In this document: piece after piece, positions 31,511-42,648 of the stretch
How positions within the stretch are numbered: position 1 is the stretch's first letter
Layout of the letters: each line of letters starts with the position of its first letter
Source: an uncultured delta proteobacterium
GTDB taxonomy: Bacteria > Myxococcota > Myxococcia > Myxococcales > Anaeromyxobacteraceae
Direction: 5' to 3'
Assembly (NCBI GenBank): GCA_963828255.1
Contig: CAWHDZ010000015.1
Location: 172,531 to 236,530 of the forward strand
DNA length: 64,000 nucleotides
Position numbers and translations under genes: made by a program
The notes under the pieces: generated by a model
What the model saw: only the letters and a program-made list of their open reading frames with translations
Database searches by the model: none
Told to the model about the DNA's origin: nothing

Positions 31511-32533
31511 TCAACCGCCGGGAAAGAGGGCCAGTTGCCGCCTCGGGCGGAGGAACGTGGCAGGCGCGGCGTCGGTGCCGGTTGCGTAACCCAGCCGCGA
31601 CGCCGAGGCCTCGAAGAGCGCCGCGATGGTGCGCGCGTACTCCCCCTCGCCGCGCCCCCGGACCCCGAAGCGGGCGTCGTAGAGCTTGCCGTCATGGGTC
31701 TCCCGGATCCGGTGCAGAACCCGCTCGGCCCGCTCGGGCAACGCGGCGCGGAGCCGCTCCTCGAAGACCTCCTTCACCGGGCCGGGCAGCCGGAGCAGGA
31801 GCCAGTGGGCCCGGGTGGCGCCGGCCTCGCGCGCCGCGGCGAGCACCCTGGGGATCTCCTCGTCATTCAGCCCCGGGATGACCGGCGCGACCATCACGCC
31901 CACCGGGACGCCGGCCGCCGCGAACCGCGCGATGGTCTCGAGCCGCCGCTGCGGGGAGGCGACCCAGGGCTCCAGGGCCCGGGCGCGCGCCGGGTCGAGG
32001 AAGGGGAGGGTGACGGAGGCGGTGGCCGCACCGTGGGAGGCGAGGTCGGCGAGGAGGTCCACGTCGCGCTCCACGAGGGGCGCCTTGGTCGTGACCATGA
32101 TCGGATTCCGGTACTCCGCGCAGACCTCCAGGCAGCCGCGGGTCAGGCGGAGCGAGGCCTCGATCGGCTGCCAGGCGTCGGTGTTGCCCGAGAAGGCGAT
32201 GGGCTCGCCGGTCCAGGAGGCGCGCTCGAAGGCGCGCCGCAGCAGCTCGGGCGCCCGCAGCTTGGCCACGATGCGGGTGTCGAAGTCGGTGCCCGCGCCG
32301 AAGCCCAGGTACTCGTGGGTGGGGCGCGCGTAGCAGTAGGCGCAGGCGTGGGCGCAGCCGCGGTACGGGTTGACACTGTAGGTGAACGGGATGTCCGGGC
32401 TGTCGTTCCGCGAGAGGATCTCGCGGGTGGCGTCGGCGTAGACGCGGGGCAGGGCGGGGGGCGGCTCCCCCAGCCAGTCCACCGTGGTGGCGTCCCAGGG
32501 GTTCCTGGGGTTGGAGATCGGGCGCGGCTTCAC
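31511..32533 (-). CDS. PA0069/Rv2578c-family radical SAM protein (SPL-like)
   Basis: NDSPDIPF.YSVNPYRGCAHACAYCYARPTHEYLG, SGNTD, APVIPGLND. Confidence 0.92.
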   Translation of the reverse strand: MKPRPISNPRNPWDATTVDWLGEPPPALPRVYADATREILSRNDSPDIPFTYSVNPYRGCAHACAYCYARPTHEYLGFGAGTDFDTRIVAKLRAPELLRRAFERASWTGEPIAFSGNTDAWQPIEASLRLTRGCLEVCAEYRNPIMVTTKAPLVERDVDLLADLASHGAATASVTLPFLDPARARALEPWVASPQRRLETIARFAAAGVPVGVMVAPVIPGLNDEEIPRVLAAAREAGATRAHWLLLRLPGPVKEVFEERLRAALPERAERVLHRIRETHDGKLYDARFGVRGRGEGEYARTIAALFEASASRLGYATGTDAAPATFLRPRRQLALFPGG

Positions 32534-32592
32534 CCGGCCATGCTGGGCCTGAACGGATGTGCGGTCAAGTCGCGTGCTATAACCCGCGCCGA

Positions 32593-33738
32593 TTGCCTGA
32601 CGAGATCCTCATCGTCGCCGCCGAGGCCAGCGCGGACCTGCACGCCGCGCGAGCCCTCGAGGAGCTCTCCCGGCTGCGCCCCGGCATCCGCGCCTTCGGG
32701 GTGGGTGGCCCCCGGCTGCGCGCCGCCGGTCTCGAGACGCTCTACCCCGCCGAGGAACTGAACGTGATGGGGTTCGCCGAGGTGCTGCCCAAGGTCCCCC
32801 GGATCCTGGCGGTGCTGCGCGGGATGCGCAGGGCCGCCGAGGAGCGCCGGCCCAAGGTGGCGCTCCTCGTGGACAGCCCGGACTTCAACCTCCGCCTGGC
32901 GAAGGTCCTCAAGCGACTGGGCGTCAAGGTCGTCTACTACGTGAGCCCCATGATCTGGGCCTGGCGCCGGGGGAGGGCCCGCAAGATCGCCAAGGTGGTG
33001 GACCGGATGCTCTGCATCCTGCCCTTCGAGGAGCGCTTCTACGACGGCACCGGGGTGTCGGCCCGCTTCGTGGGACACCCCTTCGCCGAGCGGGCCCTTC
33101 CCGGCGACGCCGCCTCCTACCGGGCGGCCCTCGGCCTGCCGCCCGGCCGCACCACCGTGGCCCTCCTCCCGGGCAGCCGGCGCAGCGAGATCGCACGGAT
33201 CCTCCCGCCCATGCTCGAGGCGGCCGAGCGCATCCGCAAGCTTCACCCCGACGTCCAGTTCGTCATCCCGGTGGCCGCCACGCTCTCCGAGGAGGCCCTG
33301 CGCCCGGCGCTGGGGCTCCACCCCGGGCTCGACGTCCGGCTGGTGGCGGGCCGGGCCGACGAGTCGGTGGGGGCGAGCGACGTGGCGCTGGTGAAGAGCG
33401 GCACCTCCACGCTGGAGTCCGCGCTCATGAACCGCCCCATGGTCGTGGTCTACAAGATGGCCTGGTTCACCTACTGGATCGCCCGCCTCCTCGTCCGCAT
33501 GTCCCACTTCGCGCTGGTGAACATCCTGGCCGGCCGCACCGTGGTGCCGGAGCTCCTCCAGCAGGAGGCCAGCCCCGAGCGCATGGCCGCCGAGATCGAG
33601 ATCCTCCTCTCCGACCCGGTGGCCCGCCAGGCCCAGCTCGACGGGCTCCTCGAGGTGCGCCGCTCGCTGGGGGAGCCGGGTGCGGCCCTGCGCGTCGCCG
33701 AGGAGATCGTTGGAGCCCTTCCAGGAGCAGTTCCATGA
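32593..33738 (+). CDS. lpxB: lipid-A-disaccharide synthase
   Basis: AAEASAD, VMGFAEV, DSPDFN, YVSPMIWAWR, LPFE, VGHP, LLPGSR.SE, KSGT.TLE, PELLQ. Confidence 0.95.
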   Translation: MPDEILIVAAEASADLHAARALEELSRLRPGIRAFGVGGPRLRAAGLETLYPAEELNVMGFAEVLPKVPRILAVLRGMRRAAEERRPKVALLVDSPDFNLRLAKVLKRLGVKVVYYVSPMIWAWRRGRARKIAKVVDRMLCILPFEERFYDGTGVSARFVGHPFAERALPGDAASYRAALGLPPGRTTVALLPGSRRSEIARILPPMLEAAERIRKLHPDVQFVIPVAATLSEEALRPALGLHPGLDVRLVAGRADESVGASDVALVKSGTSTLESALMNRPMVVVYKMAWFTYWIARLLVRMSHFALVNILAGRTVVPELLQQEASPERMAAEIEILLSDPVARQAQLDGLLEVRRSLGEPGAALRVAEEIVGALPGAVP

Positions 33739-34468
33739 CCGAGAATCCCGCCGCACCCGCCCGCCGCCGCGCGCTGGTCTGCCTTCCGACGTACGACGAG
33801 AAGGAGAACGTCGGCCCGATGACCGACGCCATCCTGGCGGCCACGCCGGACGTGGACATCCTGGTCATCGACGACAACTCCCCGGACGGCACCGGGAGGC
33901 TCGCCGACGCCATCGCCGCTCGTGAACCCAGGGTGAAGGTGCTGCACCGGGCCGGCAAGGAGGGGCTCGGAAAGGCCTACCTGGCAGGCTTCGACTGGGC
34001 GCTCTCCCACGGGTACGCGCTCGTCCTGGAGATGGACGCCGACTTCTCCCACGACCCGAAGTACCTGCCCGGGATGCTCGAGGCCTCGAAGGAGGCCGAC
34101 CTGGTCCTCGGCTCGCGCAACATCGAGGGCGGGGGCACGGTCAACTGGGGCATCGTCCGCAAGATCATCTCCGGGGGGGCAGCCTCTACGCCCGGACCAT
34201 CCTGGGCCTCCAGGTGCGCGACCTCACCGGCGGCTTCAAGTGCTTCCGCCGGGAGGTCCTCGAGTCCATCGACCTGGGGAGCGTGGAGTGCACCGGGTAC
34301 GCCTTCCAGATCGAGCTCACCTACCGGACGGTCCGGCGCGGCTTCCGGGTGAAGGAGATCCCCATCGTCTTCGTGGACCGGCGGGTCGGGCACTCCAAGA
34401 TGTCGAAGCGGATCGTTGTGGAAGCGCTGCGAAAAGTGTGGTCCATTCGACGCTCGAATTTCCGCTGA
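33735..34468 (+). pseudogene. polyprenol monophosphomannose synthase (DPM1/Ppm1-like GT2), frameshifted at G7 run
   Basis: PTYDEKEN, DDNSPDGT, EMDADFSH in one frame; RDLTGGFKCFRR, GYAFQIE, EIPIVFVDRRVGHSKMS in another; switch at TCCGGGGGGGC (34170-34180). Confidence 0.85.
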
Positions 34469-34492
34469 CGGGGGGCAGGATCCGGAAGACCG

Positions 34493-35148
34493 ATGCTCCG
34501 AGAGGTCCTGACCCAGAGCCTCGTCGCGCTCTCCGCCATCTTCGTGGTGGTCGATCCGTTCGCGGCGGTCCCGTTCTTCCTGGCCATGACGTCGGACCAG
34601 TCGGCGGCGCAGCGGCGGGAGACCGCGCGGCGCGCCGCCATCGGCGCCTGGCTCATCCTCACCGCCTTCGGCCTGCTGGGCGCGCTCCTCTTCCGCCTGC
34701 TGGGCATCTCCATCCCGGCCTTCAAGATGGCGGGAGGGATCCTCCTGCTGCTCATCGCCATCGACATGATCCGCACCGCGCCCTCGCCGGCCCGCATCAC
34801 CGCGCCCGAGGTCGAGGACGGGCAGGTGAAGGACGACGTGGCCATCGTGCCGCTGGCCATGCCGCTGCTGGCCGGGCCCGGCTCCATCGCCACCGTCATC
34901 GTGCTCATGGGACGGGTGCAGCCGAAGCAGTGGTGGAACGGCCTGCCGGTCCTGGTGGCCATCGCCGTGGTCTCGGTGGTCACCTTCCTGACGCTGGCCG
35001 CGGCCACCCGGGTCGAGCGGGTCCTCTCCCGCACCGGGATGAACATCCTCGAACGCGTGGCCGGCATGCTGCTCGCGGCCATCGCCCTGCAGTTCCTGAT
35101 CGACGGGGCCGGGGAGGCGTTCCCCGGCCTGCTCCGCGGAGGAGCCCC

Positions 35149-35152
<4 letters not shown>
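34493..35152 (+). CDS. MarC family integral membrane protein
   Basis: VVDPF..VP.F, GISIPAF..AGGILL, IVPLAMPLLAGPGSI, RVAGMLLAAIA.QF. Confidence 0.93.
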
Positions 35153-36840
<1,688 letters not shown>

Positions 36841-36934
36841 CACGCACGCGGCGGAGGCCCGATCAATCCGTGCTATGGATCGGCCCCTCGCCGTCCCCTC
36901 GAACCCCGCCCACGCGGGCGGACCCGGAGACGAA

Positions 36935-39019
36935 ATGGCTCCCCGCATCGCACGAACCTTCTCCATCCTCGGCGCCGACGGCGCCGGGAAGACCGCCCTC
37001 GTCGAGGCCTTTCTCCGCGCCGCCGACGCCCGGCGGGCCAGCCCGGAGGGTTCCACCTCGCGGCTCGACGCCGACCCCGAGGAGAAGAAGCGCAACTTCA
37101 CGCTGACCATCCACCCCGAGACCTTCGAGGAGGGCGGCCGGACCTTCAACGCGCTCGACACCCCGGGCTTCGCCGCCTTCATCAACGAGGCCGAGTGGGC
37201 CCTTCAGGTGTCCGACGGCGCCGTGCTGGTGGTCTCGGCGGTGGACGGCGCGCACAACCGCGCCGAGCGCATCTACGACGTGCTGGCCGAGTCGGGGCGC
37301 CCGGCCATCGCCATCCTCGGCCGCATCGACCACGACCAGGCCGACTTCCTCCGCGCGCTCGCCGACATCGAATCCTCCCTCAAGGTGAAGGCCGTCCCGG
37401 TGCAGATCCCCATCGGATCCGGGGCCGCCGGCGGGCTGAAGGGGATCGTCGACCTCTTCAGCATGAAGGCCCACCTCTACGACCGCACCTTCGGCAAGTT
37501 CGCCGAGGCGGAGATCCCGGCCGACATGAAGGCCGAGGCCGAGGCCGCCCGCACCGCGCTCGTCGAGGCGGCCGCCGAGTCGGACGACGAGCTGCTGGGC
37601 AAGTACCTGGAGGGCACGGCGCTCACCGCCGAGGAGATCGAGCGGGGGCTGGCCTCCGGCGCCGCCCAGCAGAAGCTCCTCCCGGTGGCGGTGGTCGCCG
37701 CCAAGCCCGGGGTGGGCGTCCGCGAGCTGCTCGACCTCGTGGTGCGGCTCTTGCCCGCGCCCGAGGCCCGATCGGTGAAGGGCGTGGACCTTCACGGGGC
37801 GCCGGTGGAGCGTCGCGCCGACGCCGGGGCTCCGTTCTGCGCCCAGGTGTTCCGCACCACCATCGACCACTTCGCCGGCCGGGTGGACTACCTGCGGGTC
37901 CTCTCCGGCACGCTCAAGGCCGAGGCCACGGTGATGAACCCGCGCACCCGCAGCGAGGAACGGGTCTCCCGCCTCCTCCGCACCGACGGGGCCCAGACGG
38001 TGGAGGTCCCGTCGGCCGGCCCCGGCGACGTGGTGGTGCTGCTCAAGCTCAAGGACGCCCGCACCGGCGACACCCTCTGCGACCGGGAGGCGCCCATCCT
38101 GCTTCCCGACTTCCGGCAGCCCAACCGTCCGGTGGCCTACGCCATCCAGGCCAAGGGGGGCGCCGACGACAAGGCGGCCGCCGCCATCCACAAGCTCATC
38201 GAGGAGGACCCCTCGCTCGACCTGCAACGCAATCCCGACACCGGCGAGTTCCTGCTCAAGGCGGTGGGCCAGGCCCACATCGAGGTCACCGTCGAGCGGC
38301 TGAAGCGCAAGCACTCGGTGGAGATCCAGCTGACCGTGCCCACGCCGGCCTACCTCGAGACCATCACCGCCTCGTCCAAGGCCCAGGGCAAGTTCAAGCG
38401 GCAGACCGGCGGCCACGGCCAGTACGGCGACTGCACCGTCGAGCTCCACCCGCTGGCCCGCGGCGCCGGGTTCGAGTTCGAGGACGCCATCGTGGGCGGC
38501 GTCATCCCGCGCCAGTTCATCCCGTCGGTGGAGAAGGGCATCCGCAACGCCCTCCACTCCGGCCCGCTGGCCGGCTACCCGGTGGTGGACTTCCAGGCCA
38601 AGCTGGTCTTCGGCAGCTACCACGACGTGGACAGCTCCGACATGGCCTTCCAGATCGCCGGGTCGATGGGGTTCAAGAAGGCCATGGAGGGGGCCCGCCC
38701 CATCCTCCTCGAGCCGGTCATGAAGCTCGACGTGCGTGTGCCCGAGGAGTACGTGGGCGCGGTCATGGGCGACCTGAACAGCCGCCGGGCCAAGGTGCAG
38801 GGCATGGAGCCGGCCGCCCGGGGGGTGGTCATCCGGGCCCTCTGCCCGCACGCCGAGGCCATGACCTACGACGCCGACCTCCGCTCGCTCACCCAGGGCG
38901 TCGGCTACTTCACCATGGAGCCGTCGCACTTCGACCCGGTCCCTCCCTACGCCGCCCAGAAGATCATCGAGAAGCGGCGCGCCGAGGGGAAGGTGAAGGG
39001 GGCCGAGGAGGAGAAGTAG
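36935..39019 (+). CDS. elongation factor G-like paralogue (EF-G2 / FusA2 type)
   Basis: GADGAGKT, DTPGF, EEDPS, KRQTGGHGQYG, GSYHDVDSSDMAF, LLEPVM, GDLNSRR; stand-alone, not in a str operon. Confidence 0.9.
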   Translation: MAPRIARTFSILGADGAGKTALVEAFLRAADARRASPEGSTSRLDADPEEKKRNFTLTIHPETFEEGGRTFNALDTPGFAAFINEAEWALQVSDGAVLVVSAVDGAHNRAERIYDVLAESGRPAIAILGRIDHDQADFLRALADIESSLKVKAVPVQIPIGSGAAGGLKGIVDLFSMKAHLYDRTFGKFAEAEIPADMKAEAEAARTALVEAAAESDDELLGKYLEGTALTAEEIERGLASGAAQQKLLPVAVVAAKPGVGVRELLDLVVRLLPAPEARSVKGVDLHGAPVERRADAGAPFCAQVFRTTIDHFAGRVDYLRVLSGTLKAEATVMNPRTRSEERVSRLLRTDGAQTVEVPSAGPGDVVVLLKLKDARTGDTLCDREAPILLPDFRQPNRPVAYAIQAKGGADDKAAAAIHKLIEEDPSLDLQRNPDTGEFLLKAVGQAHIEVTVERLKRKHSVEIQLTVPTPAYLETITASSKAQGKFKRQTGGHGQYGDCTVELHPLARGAGFEFEDAIVGGVIPRQFIPSVEKGIRNALHSGPLAGYPVVDFQAKLVFGSYHDVDSSDMAFQIAGSMGFKKAMEGARPILLEPVMKLDVRVPEEYVGAVMGDLNSRRAKVQGMEPAARGVVIRALCPHAEAMTYDADLRSLTQGVGYFTMEPSHFDPVPPYAAQKIIEKRRAEGKVKGAEEEK

Positions 39020-39031
39020 CGGCCCCGGCGG

Positions 39032-39637
39032 TCAGCGGGCCTTCACGGGGAGTCGAAGGAGGGTCCGTCGCCTCTCCACCGGCGTCCGCGCCGGGTCGGA
39101 GAGCCACACCTGGTGAAGCCGTCCGCGCACCACCAGGTCCTGGTCGGCGGCGGCCCTCCGCATCCGGTCCACCGTCCCGGTGATCCCGGCCGGAGGGCCC
39201 ACGTGAAGGGCCTGGATGCAGCGCCCCTCGCGGAGTTCCTCGATGCGCGCCGCCGGCAGGGCGAGCCCGTTTCCGGCCCGCTGCCCGGACAGCGCGGCCA
39301 GGTCGCTCGTCCGGACGAAGGCCGGGATGCGCAGCAGGAGCTTCCAGGCAACCGGGGCTCCCGGCTCCACCTCGACGCCCGAGGCGCGCGGTGCGCCCAG
39401 CAGGACCTCCAGCGGGGGGACGCGGAAGTCCTTGCCGGCCTCCCGCCTGGCCCGGGCCCGGAGGTCCCGCAGCAGGGCCGAGAGGGAGAGCGCCTGCTGG
39501 ACGAACCCCTCGCCCTGGAACTCCCCGGCGCCGTCCAGGGAGAGGTAGCGCGCCGGCGTGGTGGGCACGACGCGGGGGGCGCGAACGGCGGCGTACTCCT
39601 CGGCGTGAAGGGCCACCAGGTCGACCCGCGCGGACAT
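39032..39637 (-). CDS. GyrI-like small-molecule-binding domain protein
   Basis: YLSLDGAG, DFRVPPLE, W.LL.R.P.FV, EGRCIQALHVGP, HQVWLSDP.RT....RTLLRLP. Confidence 0.8.
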   Translation of the reverse strand: MSARVDLVALHAEEYAAVRAPRVVPTTPARYLSLDGAGEFQGEGFVQQALSLSALLRDLRARARREAGKDFRVPPLEVLLGAPRASGVEVEPGAPVAWKLLLRIPAFVRTSDLAALSGQRAGNGLALPAARIEELREGRCIQALHVGPPAGITGTVDRMRRAAADQDLVVRGRLHQVWLSDPARTPVERRRTLLRLPVKAR

Positions 39638-39733
39638 CCCGGGTACATAGCCTCCGGGCGCCGCCCCGCCACTCGTGCTGGCGGTCCGCCCAATCCCCTG
39701 TGAGAATGCGGCACCGACCTCGCCGGCACCCCA

Positions 39734-41572
39734 TTGCGCACCTACCTCCGCCTCCTCGCCTACGCCGCACCGTACCGCTGGCGCTTCCTCGCCGCCTTCG
39801 GGTGCATGGCGGTCCTCGCGCTCGCCACGGCCATGTACGTGAACCTGCTCGGGCCGGTGCTCGAGTTCCTCTTCACCGGGCAGGTCGGGGCCATGGGGGC
39901 CCTGGCCCGGCTGCTCCCCGGCGACTCCGCCCTGGCGGGGTGGGCCCAGGGGGTGGACCGCTCGCAGGCCCTGCGGGCGCTGCCCGGGGTGGTCATCACC
40001 GTGGCGCTGGTGAAGGGGGTGGCCTTCTTCGGCCAGGGCTACCTCATGGGCACCACCAGCCAGCGGATCATCGCCGACCTGCGCCTGGCGCTCTTCGACC
40101 ACCTGCTCCGGCTCTCCCCCTCCTTCTACGCCCGCCGCCACTCCGGTGACCTGCTCTCCCGCGTGGGCAACGACGTGCAGGCCGTGGAGGCCGCGGTCTC
40201 CACCGCCATCGCCAGCTACCTGCGGGACGGGCTCACCGTGCTGGTGATGCTCGTGAACTGCTTCCTCATCGACTGGAAGCTCTCGCTCGTCACCTTCGTC
40301 GCCATCCCCATCACCATCCTCCCGGTGGTGCGCATCGCGAGGAGGCTGAAGAAGGTCACGGTCCAGTCCCAGTCCACGCTGGGCAAGATCTCCGAGCTGG
40401 TCCAGGAGAGCCTCTCCGGGATCCGGGTGGTCCAGGCCTACGGCATGGAGGGCTGGGAGTCGTCCCGCTTCCGGGAGGAGAACGAGCGCTGGCTCCGTTA
40501 CATGCGGCGCAGCGTCGCCGTGCGCGCCTTCTCCTCGCCGCTCATGGAGGTGATGGCCGCGGTGGGCATCGGCATCGCCATCTGGTGGGTGGGGGAGGGC
40601 ATCGTCTCGGGGGCGCTGCCGGCCGGGAAGTTCTTCTCCTTCGTGACCGCCATCCTCCTGCTCTACACGCCGGTGAAGTCGCTCGGCAAGGTGGGGCAGG
40701 TGGCCATGGTGGGAGCCGCGGCTGGCGAGCGGATCTTCGAGATCCTCGACGCCCGCACGGACGTCCCCGACGACGGCAAGGTGGCGCTCCCGCCGCTGGG
40801 CGACGCCATCCGGTACGAGGACGTCACCTTCTCCTACGGCGACCGGCCGGTCCTCCACGGCGTCTCCATCACCGTGCGGAAGGGGGAGGTGGTGGCGCTG
40901 GTGGGCAGCTCCGGCGGAGGAAAGACCACCGTGGCCAACCTCCTGCCCCGCTTCTGGGACGTCACCGGCGGTCGCATCACCATCGACGGCGTGGACGTCC
41001 GGCAGGGTACGCTGGCCAGCCTGCGCTCCGGCATCGCGCTGGTCACCCAGGAGACCGTGCTCTTCAACACCTCGGTCCGCTCCAACATCGCCTACGGGCG
41101 CCCCGACATCCCGCTCGCCGAGGTGGAGCGCGCCGCGCGAATGGCCCACGCCGAGGAGTTCATCCTCGCGCTGCCCCAGGGCTACGACACCGTGGTGGGG
41201 GAGCGGGGCGTCATGCTCTCCGGCGGGCAGCGGCAGCGCATCGCCATCGCCCGGGCCTTCCTGAAGGACGCGCCCATCCTGCTCCTCGACGAGGCAACGA
41301 GCGCGCTCGATGCCGAGAGCGAGCGGGAGGTCCAGCGGGCGCTGGAGCGGCTCATGGGCATCGGCGAGGGAGGGCAGGGCGCCCACCGCACCACGCTCGT
41401 CATCGCCCACCGGCTCTCCACCATCCGCAACGCCGACCGGATCGTCGTCCTGTCGCAGGGGCGGGTGGCCGAGGAGGGGCGCCACGAGGAGCTCCTGGCG
41501 CGGAGCGGTGAGTACGCCCGTCTCTACCGGATCTACGAGGGCGGAGTGGCCGCCGAGGCGCCGGCCGGATGA
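39734..41572 (+). CDS. msbA: lipid A export ABC transporter MsbA
   Basis: ABC TM domain; GSSGGGKT, LSGGQRQR, LLLDEATSALD, IAHRL; heads the LPS operon. Confidence 0.88.
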   Translation: MRTYLRLLAYAAPYRWRFLAAFGCMAVLALATAMYVNLLGPVLEFLFTGQVGAMGALARLLPGDSALAGWAQGVDRSQALRALPGVVITVALVKGVAFFGQGYLMGTTSQRIIADLRLALFDHLLRLSPSFYARRHSGDLLSRVGNDVQAVEAAVSTAIASYLRDGLTVLVMLVNCFLIDWKLSLVTFVAIPITILPVVRIARRLKKVTVQSQSTLGKISELVQESLSGIRVVQAYGMEGWESSRFREENERWLRYMRRSVAVRAFSSPLMEVMAAVGIGIAIWWVGEGIVSGALPAGKFFSFVTAILLLYTPVKSLGKVGQVAMVGAAAGERIFEILDARTDVPDDGKVALPPLGDAIRYEDVTFSYGDRPVLHGVSITVRKGEVVALVGSSGGGKTTVANLLPRFWDVTGGRITIDGVDVRQGTLASLRSGIALVTQETVLFNTSVRSNIAYGRPDIPLAEVERAARMAHAEEFILALPQGYDTVVGERGVMLSGGQRQRIAIARAFLKDAPILLLDEATSALDAESEREVQRALERLMGIGEGGQGAHRTTLVIAHRLSTIRNADRIVVLSQGRVAEEGRHEELLARSGEYARLYRIYEGGVAAEAPAG

Positions 41573-42636
41573 CCTGGCGGCGGGCCGCCCTGGTGCTCGG
41601 TGCGCTGCTCGCCGCCTGGGTGGCCTTCGGGCTCTTCACCCGTTCGCGGCGCGCGCCCAGGCCCCCCCCGCCCGCCGGCGAGCTGCGGGGCGCCTGGCAC
41701 GTCCACACCACCCGCAGCGACGGGAGGGGCAGCCTCGACGAGGTCGTGCGCGCGGCCCGGGAGGCGGGGCTGCAGTTCGTCGTGATCGCCGACCACAACG
41801 TCCTCGCGCCGGAGGAGGGCGGCTGGCGCGACGGGGTCCTGGTGGTCCCGGCCACCGAGATCTCGGCTCCGTACGGCCACGTCGTCGGGACGGCGCTCCC
41901 CCGCGCGCTGACGAAGGACGAGCGGCAGAGGGACGCCCTCGGAACCGTGGCGCGCCTGGGCGGCGACGCGGTGCTGGCCCACCCCTTCCACCCCGGGCGA
42001 CCCTTCACCCGCTGGGCCCGCGACGACTGGGCCGGCATGGAGGTGGTCTCGAACGACACCTTCTGGGGGCTCGTGCAGCGGGACCACGCCTGGTGGCGGG
42101 CCGGGAAGGCGCTCCTCGTCCTCCCCTGGGATCCGGGGCGCTCGATGCTGGCGTTCTACCAGGACCCGGGCCGGGAGCTCGACCGCTACGACGCGGCCTC
42201 GGCCAGGCGCAAGGTGGCGCTCCTCTGCGCCTCCGACGCCCACGGCTGGCCGACCTACGGGGCCGCCTTCGAGGCCTTCAGCATGCACGTCCCGGTCGCC
42301 CCCACCGGCGACGGACCTGCCGACGTGGACGCCGTGCGGCACGCCCTCCTCGACGGGAACGCATGGTGCACGCTCGACGCCGTCGCCCCGGCGAGCGGCG
42401 TCCGGCTCTCCGTCTCCCCGGCCGGCGACCGGATCGAGCTCCGCGCCACGGTACCCCCCAAGGCCAAGGTCGCCTGGCACCTCTTTCGCGACGGAGCCCC
42501 GATGGGGACCTTCTCGTCCGCGCCGCCGGGATGGGCGTGGAACTGCGGGGGGCCCTGCCCTCGCGGGGCCTGGCGGGTGGAGGGGCGCATCGCCGGGGCT
42601 CCCTGGATCTTCACCAACCCGGTGCGCGTGGAGTAG
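41569..42636 (+). CDS. membrane-anchored PHP-domain metallophosphoesterase
   Basis: N-terminal TM; GAWHVHTTRSDG, IADHN, TEIS..YGH, LAHP, SDAHG. Confidence 0.85.
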   Translation: MTWRRAALVLGALLAAWVAFGLFTRSRRAPRPPPPAGELRGAWHVHTTRSDGRGSLDEVVRAAREAGLQFVVIADHNVLAPEEGGWRDGVLVVPATEISAPYGHVVGTALPRALTKDERQRDALGTVARLGGDAVLAHPFHPGRPFTRWARDDWAGMEVVSNDTFWGLVQRDHAWWRAGKALLVLPWDPGRSMLAFYQDPGRELDRYDAASARRKVALLCASDAHGWPTYGAAFEAFSMHVPVAPTGDGPADVDAVRHALLDGNAWCTLDAVAPASGVRLSVSPAGDRIELRATVPPKAKVAWHLFRDGAPMGTFSSAPPGWAWNCGGPCPRGAWRVEGRIAGAPWIFTNPVRVE

Positions 42637-42648
42637 GACCGGACGACC

